Part shown: piece after piece, positions 28,770 to 37,140 of the stretch
Layout of the letters: every line of letters starts with the position of its first letter
Position numbering within the stretch: the stretch's first letter is position 1
Source of the DNA: Terriglobia bacterium
GTDB lineage: Bacteria; Acidobacteriota; Terriglobia; JAJPHL01; JAPKYU01
Assembly: GCA_965206645.1 (NCBI GenBank)
Contig: CBDBKE010000004.1
Coordinates: 768,001 to 832,000 of the forward strand
Direction of reading: 5' to 3'
DNA length: 64,000 bases
Notes under the pieces: generated by a model
Database searches by the model: none
What the model saw: the letters and a program-made list of their open reading frames with translations, nothing else
Told to the model about the DNA's origin: nothing
Made by a program: the position numbers and the translations under genes

Positions 28770-29102
28770 ATGAACACCTACTACCATCCGGACGACCTGG
28801 CCAAGTTCCCTTCTATCGGGCGAAACGCAGGCGAGCTGTGGGACAAATTCAGCCAGTGGTATGGGGCGGTATTCGCCGAAGGCGCCCTGTCGGAAAGGGA
28901 GAAGGCGCTGATCGCCCTGGCGGTGGCCCACACGGTGCAGTGTCCCTACTGCATTGACGCCTACACCCAAACCTGCCTGGAGAAGGGTTCTAACCTGGAG
29001 CAGATGACCGAGGCGGTGCACGTGGCGGCCGCCATCCGCGGCGGTTCCTCGCTGGTGCACGGCGTGCAGATGCGCAACGTGGCCGACAAGCTCAGCATGT
29101 AG
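28770..29102 (+). CDS. AhpD/CMD-family protein (arsenosugar/ArsS-associated peroxidase-like subtype)
   Basis: GALSEREKALIALAVAHTVQCPYCIDAY, LVHGVQM, KLSM C-terminus. Confidence 0.88.
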   Translation: MNTYYHPDDLAKFPSIGRNAGELWDKFSQWYGAVFAEGALSEREKALIALAVAHTVQCPYCIDAYTQTCLEKGSNLEQMTEAVHVAAAIRGGSSLVHGVQMRNVADKLSM

Positions 29103-29126
29103 CTCGCAAGACAGCCCCTCGAAACC

Positions 29127-29200
29127 GTCATCCAGAACGGAGCGAGGGACCTGCTGTTCGCGCCTGGGAAAAGCAGATTCCTCGCTGCGCTCGGAATGAC
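29127..29200. repeat. REP-like palindromic element (GTCATTCCGAGCGCAGCGAGGAATCT type)
   Basis: 29-bp arms at 29127-29155 and 29172-29200, 23/29 complementary; lies between convergent genes. Confidence 0.8.
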
Positions 29201-29290
29201 AAGTGGCCGGCTTCCTGATTCCCAGGACGTATCCCGCCGGAGCCCCCCGGCGCATTGCACAATCCTTCGAAGATTCGGCTCCAGCGGGCG

Positions 29291-30655
29291 CTAAGGCTTC
29301 GGAGGGAGCGGGAATTGGCGGCGCGCCAGGGTCAGCGCTTCGTCCTTGCTCTTCACTTCGCCCTCCAGTTGGGCGTCTTCGATCGCCTGCAGAATTTCCT
29401 TGAAGCGCGGCCCCGGCCGATATCCCAGCGCAATCAGGTCATCGCCGGTGACCAGCGGCCGGGGACGAATTTCCTCCGGGGGCGTTGCGGCTAGCTGCTG
29501 CCGGACGAATTCCCAATTTTCCAGGTTGCTGTGGCTGCTGAGGCAATCCAGCCGGTGCAGCTCCAGGTGTTCCTCGAAGCGCTCCATCTGGAGAAAGCGC
29601 TTCAACTTTGCAGGCCGCATCTGCGTCACGTCCTTGAACCGCAAGTGGTGCTCGACCAGCGCCACCACCTGTTCAGTGTCCCGCCGGGAGAGGCGAAGCC
29701 GCTCGCAAATTCGCTCGGTCATCCGCGCACCCACCGAGGCGTGGTTGTCGAAGCGGATCCGTTCGGCCAGCCGGAAGGTGGGCGGCTTGCCCACGTCGTG
29801 CAGCAGCACTCCCAAGGCCAGCGTGAGCGAGGGCCTGGCCAGCTTTTCCAGCATCAGCAGCGTGTGCGTCCAGACGTCGCCTTCGGGATGGAACTGGGGC
29901 GGTTGCGCCACCCCTTTCATGGCTGCTACCTCAGGCAGCAGATCGGCCAGCAGGCCGCTTTCATCCAGCAGCTGGAAGCCTCGGTGGGCACCGCCCCCGG
30001 TGAGGATCTTCAGCAACTCGTCGCGGACACGCTCCCGGCTCACCTGCCCAATAGCCGCATGCGAGCCGCAGATTGCCTCCCAGGTGGCGTCCTCGATGTG
30101 AAAGCCGAAGCGGGCGGCAAAGCGGACGGCGCGCAGCATGCGCAGCCGGTCTTCGGCGAAGCGCGCAGCGGGGTTGCCGATAGTGCGGATGAGGCCAGCG
30201 CGCAGGTCGGCTTCGCCGCTCACGAAGTCCAGCAGCCGGTGTTGCTCCGGAGCAGCGGGCAGCGGATCGTAGAGCAGGCCGTTGATAGTGAAGTCGCGCC
30301 GCAGCACGTCTTCGCGCGGGTCGCGCGTATAGCTGACCTGCTGCGGATGCCGGCCGTCCGGGTACGGGCCGTCGTTGCGGAAGGTGGCCACGGCGATCTG
30401 CTGGCCGTCCTCCACGACCAGCACCACGCCGAACTGCGCGCCCACCGCCAGCGTGCGCGGGAACAGGCCGAGCACCGTCTCGGGTGTCGCGTCGGTGGCC
30501 ACGTCGTAGTCGGCGGGCTCGCGCTCCAGCAGCAGGTCGCGCACACAGCCGCCGACAAAGTAGGCCTGATAGCCCCGCTCACGCAGATGCTGAACCACGC
30601 CGACGGCTCGTTCGCGGCGCGTGCTCAAGGGTGGAGTCACAGACGGAGGTATCAC
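29291..30655 (-). CDS. cca: CCA tRNA nucleotidyltransferase with HD domain
   Basis: VGGCVRDLLL, DYDVAT, RRDFTING, EDRLRMLRAVRF, LLHDVGK. Confidence 0.93.
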   Translation of the reverse strand: MIPPSVTPPLSTRRERAVGVVQHLRERGYQAYFVGGCVRDLLLEREPADYDVATDATPETVLGLFPRTLAVGAQFGVVLVVEDGQQIAVATFRNDGPYPDGRHPQQVSYTRDPREDVLRRDFTINGLLYDPLPAAPEQHRLLDFVSGEADLRAGLIRTIGNPAARFAEDRLRMLRAVRFAARFGFHIEDATWEAICGSHAAIGQVSRERVRDELLKILTGGGAHRGFQLLDESGLLADLLPEVAAMKGVAQPPQFHPEGDVWTHTLLMLEKLARPSLTLALGVLLHDVGKPPTFRLAERIRFDNHASVGARMTERICERLRLSRRDTEQVVALVEHHLRFKDVTQMRPAKLKRFLQMERFEEHLELHRLDCLSSHSNLENWEFVRQQLAATPPEEIRPRPLVTGDDLIALGYRPGPRFKEILQAIEDAQLEGEVKSKDEALTLARRQFPLPPKP

Positions 30656-31896
30656 GGAGATTCTGAGCGGGAGCGCTTCCTGCCCCGCAGGCCACCGGCA
30701 AGCTGGACAGCGTCGAAGCCGAAGCGATCACGCACCCGGTCGGCTGCTTCCAGCGCCTGCTCCCATTTCCGCCGCCGATCCGCATCCAGCAAGCTCATTT
30801 GCCCCGGGCGATGGTCCAAGGCGCTGGCCTGCACCCCGAGCAGCCGCACCGGCCGCCCATTCCAGGCGGCGCGGAACAGCTCCGAAGTGGTGCGAAACAG
30901 GTCGCCGTCCAGGTCGGTGGCTTGCGGCAGGGTGCGCGCCCGGGTCAGGGTGCGAAAATCGGAATAGCGCAGTTTCAGCGTCACCGTCCGGGCGAACAGT
31001 TGGTTCTCCCGCAAGCGGTGGCACACCATTTGCGAAAGCTCGGAAAGCGTGGCCAGCAGCCGCTCGCGGTCAGCGGTGTCCTCCGAGAAGGTCGTCTCAT
31101 GGCCGATGGACTTGGCATCTTCCAATTCGCCAACCTCACCCTCAAACCAGCCGCCGGCATCCTGCCCGGACGACTGGCGGAACAGCGCGGCTCCATGCTT
31201 GCCCAAAACTTCCTCCAGTAACTCGGCACCGGCCCGAGCCACATCGGACACGGTAGCCAGTCCCAGTTGCCGCAAGCGCTTCTCGGTCACCTTGCCGACA
31301 CCGGGAATTTTGCGCACCGGCAAGGGAGCCAGGAAACGCGCCTCTTTCCCGGGATGGATCGCCAACAGCCCTTTGGGCTTCGCCAGCTCGGAGGCAACTT
31401 TGGCTACCAGCCGCGACGTGGCCACCCCGATTGAGCAAGGGAGCCGGGTCTCGCGCCACACCTGCTGGTGCAACTTTGCCGCAGCTTCGAGCGGCTGTCC
31501 CCAGAGGCGCTCGCTCCCGCTCAGGTCCAGGTAGGCTTCGTCAATGGAGACCATCTCCACCCGCGGCGAGAAGGTTTGGAAGATGCGCTGGATCTTCTCG
31601 GAAGCCTCCCTGTAGCGCTCCGGGTGCCCGGGAAGAAAAGTCGCCTGCGGACAGAGCCGAAAGGCACGCGCCAGCGGCATTGCCGAATGGATCCCGAAGG
31701 GGCGCGCGGCGTAGGAGGCAGCTGCCACCACGCCACGCGGCGCCGTCCAGCGGCGGTTACGCCACACCAGTTCGCCACCCACGACCACCGCCTTGCCTTT
31801 CAGGCTGGGGTCGAACAGTTCTTCCACCGAGACGAAGAAGGCGTCCATGTCCACGTGGAGAATGGTACGGGGAGACAGACCGGTTACGGCTGGCAT
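30652..31896 (-). CDS. dinB: DNA polymerase IV
   Basis: HVDMDAFF, SYAAR, SIDEAYLD, KPKG, IPGVG. Confidence 0.95.
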   Translation of the reverse strand: MPAVTGLSPRTILHVDMDAFFVSVEELFDPSLKGKAVVVGGELVWRNRRWTAPRGVVAAASYAARPFGIHSAMPLARAFRLCPQATFLPGHPERYREASEKIQRIFQTFSPRVEMVSIDEAYLDLSGSERLWGQPLEAAAKLHQQVWRETRLPCSIGVATSRLVAKVASELAKPKGLLAIHPGKEARFLAPLPVRKIPGVGKVTEKRLRQLGLATVSDVARAGAELLEEVLGKHGAALFRQSSGQDAGGWFEGEVGELEDAKSIGHETTFSEDTADRERLLATLSELSQMVCHRLRENQLFARTVTLKLRYSDFRTLTRARTLPQATDLDGDLFRTTSELFRAAWNGRPVRLLGVQASALDHRPGQMSLLDADRRRKWEQALEAADRVRDRFGFDAVQLAGGLRGRKRSRSESP

Positions 31897-31899
31897 GGT

Positions 31900-32751
31900 T
31901 CACCTTGCCCGGCGCGCGGAGATGACTCGGAGGTTTCCAGCTAAGTCTCGCTGGAACTGCACCTGGTCCCACTCCGCGCTCAGCAGCGAGCCAACTGCGT
32001 CGGCCATATTATAGCCCAGCTCAAAAACAGCCCAGCCGCCCGGTCGCAGCACGCGGGCCGCTTCGGGAAGCAAGGTGGCGTAGATTTCCAGGCCCAAAGG
32101 CCCGGCGAACACCGCATAGCGCGGCTCGAAATCGCGGACTTCGCGTTGCAGCGCTTCCGCCTGGCCCAGCGGAATGTAGGGCGGGTTGGACATCACCAAG
32201 TCAGCCACGGCGGTGCCGATGGCGCCGAGCCAATCGCAGCGGCAAAACTTCACCTGGCGGGCACCCAGACGGGAGGCGTTGCTGGCGGCCACAGCCAGGG
32301 CTGCTGCTGACGCGTCGGTGGCGACGACCCGCGCCCGCGGCAGCTCGACCGCCACCGCAACGGCAATGCAGCCAGAGCCGGTGCCAGCATCCACAACGAC
32401 GGGCGGACGCTCGCTCTCCATCGCCTCGTATAGTTTCACGACCCGTTCCACCACGTGCTCGGTCTCCGGCCGCGGGATCATAACCGCCGGGCTCACCCGA
32501 AAGTCCATCGCCCAGAACTCCTGGTGCCCGGTGATGTACTGGGTGGGCTTGCCGCCCATCCGCTCGCGCAGATAGCGCGCGTAATGGACACGCTCCGAGT
32601 CGTTCAGCTCACGCTCCGGATGGGCATAGAGGTGGGCCCGCTCGCAGCTGAGCGCGTGCATCAGCAGCACCTCGGCCGCGATCCGCGGCGAGGGCACCGA
32701 GGATTCCTCCAGCAACTGCAGTCCTTGTCGCAGCGCCATCTCCAAGCGCAT
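31900..32751 (-). CDS. prmC: Release factor glutamine methyltransferase
   Basis: IPRPETE, DAGTGSGCIA, SNPPY. Confidence 0.96.
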   Translation of the reverse strand: MRLEMALRQGLQLLEESSVPSPRIAAEVLLMHALSCERAHLYAHPERELNDSERVHYARYLRERMGGKPTQYITGHQEFWAMDFRVSPAVMIPRPETEHVVERVVKLYEAMESERPPVVVDAGTGSGCIAVAVAVELPRARVVATDASAAALAVAASNASRLGARQVKFCRCDWLGAIGTAVADLVMSNPPYIPLGQAEALQREVRDFEPRYAVFAGPLGLEIYATLLPEAARVLRPGGWAVFELGYNMADAVGSLLSAEWDQVQFQRDLAGNLRVISARRAR

Positions 32752-32808
32752 ACTACTATTCTATCGAGAGCGCTCGGGCCGTGCTGGCTTGTATGGCCAG
32801 CGGCCTGT

Positions 32809-32838
32809 TGAAACTTTACCCACCGGGTTCCGATCTAA
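32809..32838 (+). promoter_or_regulatory. Candidate ECF-sigma promoter upstream of lon
   Basis: TGAAAC-N16-CGATCTAA. Confidence 0.4.
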
Positions 32839-32892
32839 TACGGAGGGAGGGCTGCTCGCGCGTTGAGGCCGCGGGCCGCCGACGAGGACGCT

Positions 32893-35022
32893 ATGGAACA
32901 CAATGGCAATGAGAACGTGCTTGAGTTCCCCGCAGAGTTTCCTGTTTTTGCGGTGCGGGATACGGTCTTGTTCCCGCATGCGGTGCTGCCCCTCAGCGTC
33001 GGACGGGAAAGCTCGGTGGCGCTATTGAATTCGCTGGGCGAGGACAAGCTGGTGGCTGTTGTCACTCAGCGGGATCCGCAGGTGGAGGCGCCGGGCCCGG
33101 ACGACCTGTATACGGTGGGCACGCTGGCAACCGTGCACAAGATCGTGCGTATGCCCAACCAGCCTCTGTTTGTGCTCTGTGAAGGCATCGTGCGCCTGAG
33201 GCAGCTGGAGTACACCCAGCGCGAGCCGTTTCTGAAGGCCCGTTTCACACGCCTGGCCGAGAGCGAGGCGGAGTCTTCGGTGGAGCTGGAAGCGTTGATG
33301 CGCAACGTGGTGACGCTGTTTCAGCAGGTTGTAGCCGCCTCTCCGTCGATTTCCGACGACCTGCTGAGCATCGTCGCCCGCCTGGAGGAGCCGGGCCGGC
33401 TGGCCGACTTTGTCGCCAGTTCCCTGCCCTCGCTTAACTCTGCCACGCGCCAGGAGATGCTGGAGATCGATGATCCGGCGGCGCGGCTGCACACCATCCA
33501 CCGCCACCTGGCCAAGGAGGTCGAGGTCCAACAGGTCCGCTCCAAGCTGCAGTCTGAGGTGCAGGATCAACTTTCGGCCACCCAGCGCGAGTTTTACCTG
33601 CGCGAGCAGCTCAAGGCCATTCAGAAGGAGCTGGGCGAGGCCGATGACTCGCAGCGCGAGCTGGAAGAGCTGCGGCAGAAGATCGAACAATTGGGCATGC
33701 CCGAGCAGGTGCAGCGCGAAGCTCTCCGGGAATTGAAGCGGCTCATGCGCCTCAACCCGGCCTCGCCCGATTACGGCGTCACCCGCAACTATCTGGACTG
33801 GCTGGTGGCCCTCCCCTGGACTCGCTCCAGTGGCGAGCGGGTGGACGTGCGGAAGGCGCACACCATCCTCGATGCCGACCACTACAACCTGGAGAAGGTC
33901 AAGAAGCGGATTCTGGATTACCTGGCCGTCCTGCAACTGAAGCCCGGGATGAAGGGACCTATCTTGTGCTTCGTCGGACCTCCGGGCGTGGGCAAAACCT
34001 CGCTCGGCAAGTCCATCGCCCGCGCCCTGGGCCGCAAGTTCGTCCGCCTGTCGCTGGGCGGAATCCATAACGAGGCGGAAATTCGCGGTCACCGCCGCAC
34101 CTACATCGGCGCTCTGCCCGGCCAGATCATCCAGGGCATTCGCCGCACCGAAACCAACGACCGGGTGTTCATGCTGGACGAGGTGGACAAGGTCGGCCGC
34201 GATTTCCGCGGCGACCCAGCCTCGGCCCTGCTGGAAGTACTCGACCCGGAGCAAAATTTCCAGTTCCGCGACAACTACGTGGACGTGCCGTTCGACCTCT
34301 CCAAGGTGCTGTTCATTACGACTGCCAATGTGCTGGACCCGGTTCCTGATCCGCTGCGCGACCGCATGGAGACGATCGAGCTGCCGGGCTACACCGAGGA
34401 CGAGAAGGTGCAGATCGCCTTCCAGTACCTGATCCCCAGGCAGATCCTGGAGAACGGGCTAGCTCCCGCCGAGGGTAAGGCTGAGGCGCAGCCGAGCCCG
34501 GTGGCCATCGAGTTCAGCGAAGAGGCGGTGCACCAGTTGATCCGCTATTACACGCGCGAAGCGGGCGTGCGCAACCTGGAGCGCGAGCTGGGCACCATCT
34601 GCCGCAAGGTAGCCCGGCGCAAGGCCGAGGGAACCCTCACCGAGGTGCCGTTCGTCGTTGGCCAGGAAGCGGTGCGCGAGTTCCTGGGCGGGCCCAATCT
34701 ACGCCTGGAAACCGAAGTGGCGGATCGCACGGCCCTGCCCGGCATCGCCGTGGGCTTGGCCTGGACTCCAGCCGGCGGCGACATCCTGTTCGTCGAGGCC
34801 AACAAGATGAAGGGAGGTCACAAGGGCCTCATCATGACCGGCCATCTTGGCCCGGTCATGCAGGAATCCATGCAGGCAGCGCTGAGCTGGGTTCGCTCGC
34901 ACTACGAGCGCTTCCCGGTGGCGGTCGGCCAGGCCAGGCCAGCGCCGGAGTGGGGCGCGATGCCTCCCGGATGTCGCTGCTGCGCGACTACGCCGCTGCC
35001 AAGCGCATCCTGGGCGAGGTGA
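32893..35022 (+). pseudogene. lon: Lon protease, C-terminally truncated (N-domain and AAA+ intact, catalytic Ser/Lys region missing)
   Basis: GPPGVGKTS, LDEVDK, GLAWT..GG, ESMQAALSWVRSH. Homology stops near 34902; no HIHVP/PKDGPSAG motif follows. Confidence 0.85.
34927..34941. repeat. (GGCCA)3 microsatellite at the lon/cyclase junction
   Basis: ggcca ggcca ggcca. Confidence 0.85.
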
Positions 35023-35528
35023 AAAAGGAGCTGGCCTTCCTTTCCATTGACGTCGTGGGCTCCACCAAGATGAAGGTGGGCGAAGACAAGATTGTCGTGG
35101 AACACGCTTTCACCGAGTACAAGAAATTCCTGGAGCACCTGTTCCACGAATACCGCGCCTACAAGGTGGCCTGGACCCCTGACGGGGTGATGAGCTGCTT
35201 TCCGTCAGTAGAGGATGCCTCAACGATGGCCCGCAAGCTCTTGGTGGAACTGGACTGGTTTAACCGCGACGTCCACCAACTCCGAATCAAGTTCCATGTC
35301 CGCTGCGGATTGAACGCGGGTGAGGTGATGGTGCCCGATACCAAGCCCCTGGAAGATATCAGCGATGAGACCATTGACGTAGCGGGGCACCTGCAAAAGT
35401 ACGCGGCAGTGGACAGCCTGTGGGTGTCCGGAGATGTCTACCGGAGCCTGGCGAGCCGGGAAGATTTTGTGCAGGTACCCAGGCAGGTGGACAACCGCGA
35501 CGTCTACGCCTGGCAGAAACCGTCCTGA
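34950..35528 (+). CDS. Class III adenylate/guanylate cyclase-like domain (probably N-terminally incomplete)
   Basis: FLSIDVVGSTKM, TPDGVMSCF, RCGLNAGEV. Overlaps the aberrant lon tail and has no clear RBS. Confidence 0.8.
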   Translation: MGRDASRMSLLRDYAAAKRILGEVKKELAFLSIDVVGSTKMKVGEDKIVVEHAFTEYKKFLEHLFHEYRAYKVAWTPDGVMSCFPSVEDASTMARKLLVELDWFNRDVHQLRIKFHVRCGLNAGEVMVPDTKPLEDISDETIDVAGHLQKYAAVDSLWVSGDVYRSLASREDFVQVPRQVDNRDVYAWQKPS

Positions 35529-35557
35529 TCTCCAGCACCCACGGGGGTTCGCCTTCC

Positions 35558-36103
35558 ATGCCAGCCTGTATTCTCTTCTGTGAACAGTGCGCGACCAAGC
35601 AAGTCCACCCCCTGAATGAAACCGATTTTGCCTTACTGCTGGCCGAAGGCACAGTGCAGGTGGCGTGCGAACAGTGCGGGCAAGAGACGTCCTGGAAGTT
35701 GACGCTGCCGGACCGCCGCGAGCCTCAACCGAGACGCGAGGCCGCGCCCCGCCGCCTGTTGGTGATTGACGATGATCGGCACACCCTGCAGGTGCTCCAG
35801 ATGATGCTGCACTCAGACGACTACGTGGTGGAAACTGCCATTTCCGCTGACCAAGCCGTCCAGAAGCTGCAGGCCGCGGACTTCGACGCCATTGTCTCTG
35901 ACATTCTCATGCCCGGTTTCGACGGGCGCAGCCTGTACCGCTTCTTGGCGGTCTATCTGCCCGACTACACGGACAAGGTCCTCTTCCTGACGGGCGACCA
36001 GAGCGAGAAAACGCTCCGCTTCCTGCAGGAATCCGGCTGCCCGTACCTGTTCAAACCGATTGACTTGAAGCAGCTTCAATCGCGGATCCGAGAGATCAGC
36101 TAA
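35558..36103 (+). CDS. Response regulator receiver with N-terminal Zn-ribbon
   Basis: CEQC...CEQC, then LLVIDDD, SDILMPG, LTG, KP. Confidence 0.88.
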   Translation: MPACILFCEQCATKQVHPLNETDFALLLAEGTVQVACEQCGQETSWKLTLPDRREPQPRREAAPRRLLVIDDDRHTLQVLQMMLHSDDYVVETAISADQAVQKLQAADFDAIVSDILMPGFDGRSLYRFLAVYLPDYTDKVLFLTGDQSEKTLRFLQESGCPYLFKPIDLKQLQSRIREIS

Positions 36104-36166
36104 GCGTCCGCCAGAGCAGGCGTGAGTGTGGCGTATCGGGCAGCCCCGGCCCCGCGAGACCCGCGT

Positions 36167-36580
36167 CTATTCCCCCAGGATTTTGATGATCAGCCGCTTG
36201 CGCCGCTGGCCATCGAACTCGGCGTAGTAGACCTGCTGCCAGGGCCCCAGGTCCAGCTTGCCCGCGGTGACGGGCAGCAGCACCTGGTGGTGGATGAGCA
36301 GGTTCTTCAGGTGCGCGTCGCCGTTGTCTTCTCCGGTGCGGTGATGGCGGTAATCACGCCGGTAGGGCGCCAGACGCTCCAGCCATTCGTCAATGTCCTG
36401 GATAAGGCCCTCCTCGGCGTCGTTGACGTACACAGCGGCAGTAATGTGCATGGCGGAAACCAGCGCGATCCCTTCCCGGATGCCGCTTTCCCCCAGCGCC
36501 TTTTGCACCTGGGCGGTGATGTTGATGTATTCCCGGCGTTGTAGCGTGTGGAACGTCAGGTATTCGGTGTGGAATTTCAT
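36167..36580 (-). CDS. yjbQ: YjbQ/UPF0047 family protein
   Basis: [27 protein letters not shown]. Confidence 0.92.
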   Translation of the reverse strand: MKFHTEYLTFHTLQRREYINITAQVQKALGESGIREGIALVSAMHITAAVYVNDAEEGLIQDIDEWLERLAPYRRDYRHHRTGEDNGDAHLKNLLIHHQVLLPVTAGKLDLGPWQQVYYAEFDGQRRKRLIIKILGE

Positions 36581-36692
36581 GGCGGCTATGCTGCCCCCGG
36601 CACCCGCAGGCCCGCAAGCCAAACGCTTGTGACAGTCAGCCCGCGCACAGCCATAGCTTCCCGCGAGAGAAACCCGGTAGAATGGGGTTCCC

Positions 36693-37016
36693 GTGCCTGA
36701 CCCTAAAGAACTGCGCAGATATCCACGTGCCACCTTCCGGACGCCGGTCGTGGCGCAATGGCGCGGCGAGAGCAAGACCGGCAGCGGTACGGTGAGCAAC
36801 ATGAGCCTGGGGGGTTGCTATGTGCTCACCAACAAACCCGCCCAGTTTGGCGAGCAAATTTCCATCGCCATGGTCCACAAAATACCGGAAATCGAGTGCG
36901 TGGTGCGTTACGTAGATCCGGAAGTGGGCATGGGAGTGGAGTTCATGGGGGTAAAGACGGAAGTTCGGGAGATGCTTGACGAGTTCCTCCAGGCCAGGGC
37001 CGTTGCCTGGAAGTGA
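36693..37016 (+). CDS. Single-domain PilZ protein (c-di-GMP receptor candidate)
   Basis: RRYPR (RxxxR) and NMSLGG (NxSxxG), GMGVEF. Confidence 0.88.
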   Translation: MPDPKELRRYPRATFRTPVVAQWRGESKTGSGTVSNMSLGGCYVLTNKPAQFGEQISIAMVHKIPEIECVVRYVDPEVGMGVEFMGVKTEVREMLDEFLQARAVAWK

Positions 37017-37067
37017 AAGCGCCAGCTGCTGGGCAATCTCTCTTTCGGTTTTGCACCAATCGTTTTG

Positions 37068-37140
37068 CATCTCTCAGGCCATCGTCTCAGGCCATCTCTC
37101 AGGCCATCTCTCAGGCCATCTCTCAGGCCATCTCTCAGGC
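37068..37140. repeat. 12-bp VNTR (CATCTCTCAGGC) x6
   Basis: Five perfect copies plus one with a 1-bp insertion; abuts the stop of the minus-strand gene. Confidence 0.92.

Noticed and set aside
29531-30967. Long antisense ORFs (this one, 33022..34254, 16705..17745 and similar)
   Set aside because: These are shadow ORFs opposite or overlapping well-supported genes in high-GC DNA and have no motifs.
37068-37140. CRISPR array
   Set aside because: The 12-bp units are contiguous with no spacers, and there are no cas genes; it is a VNTR.
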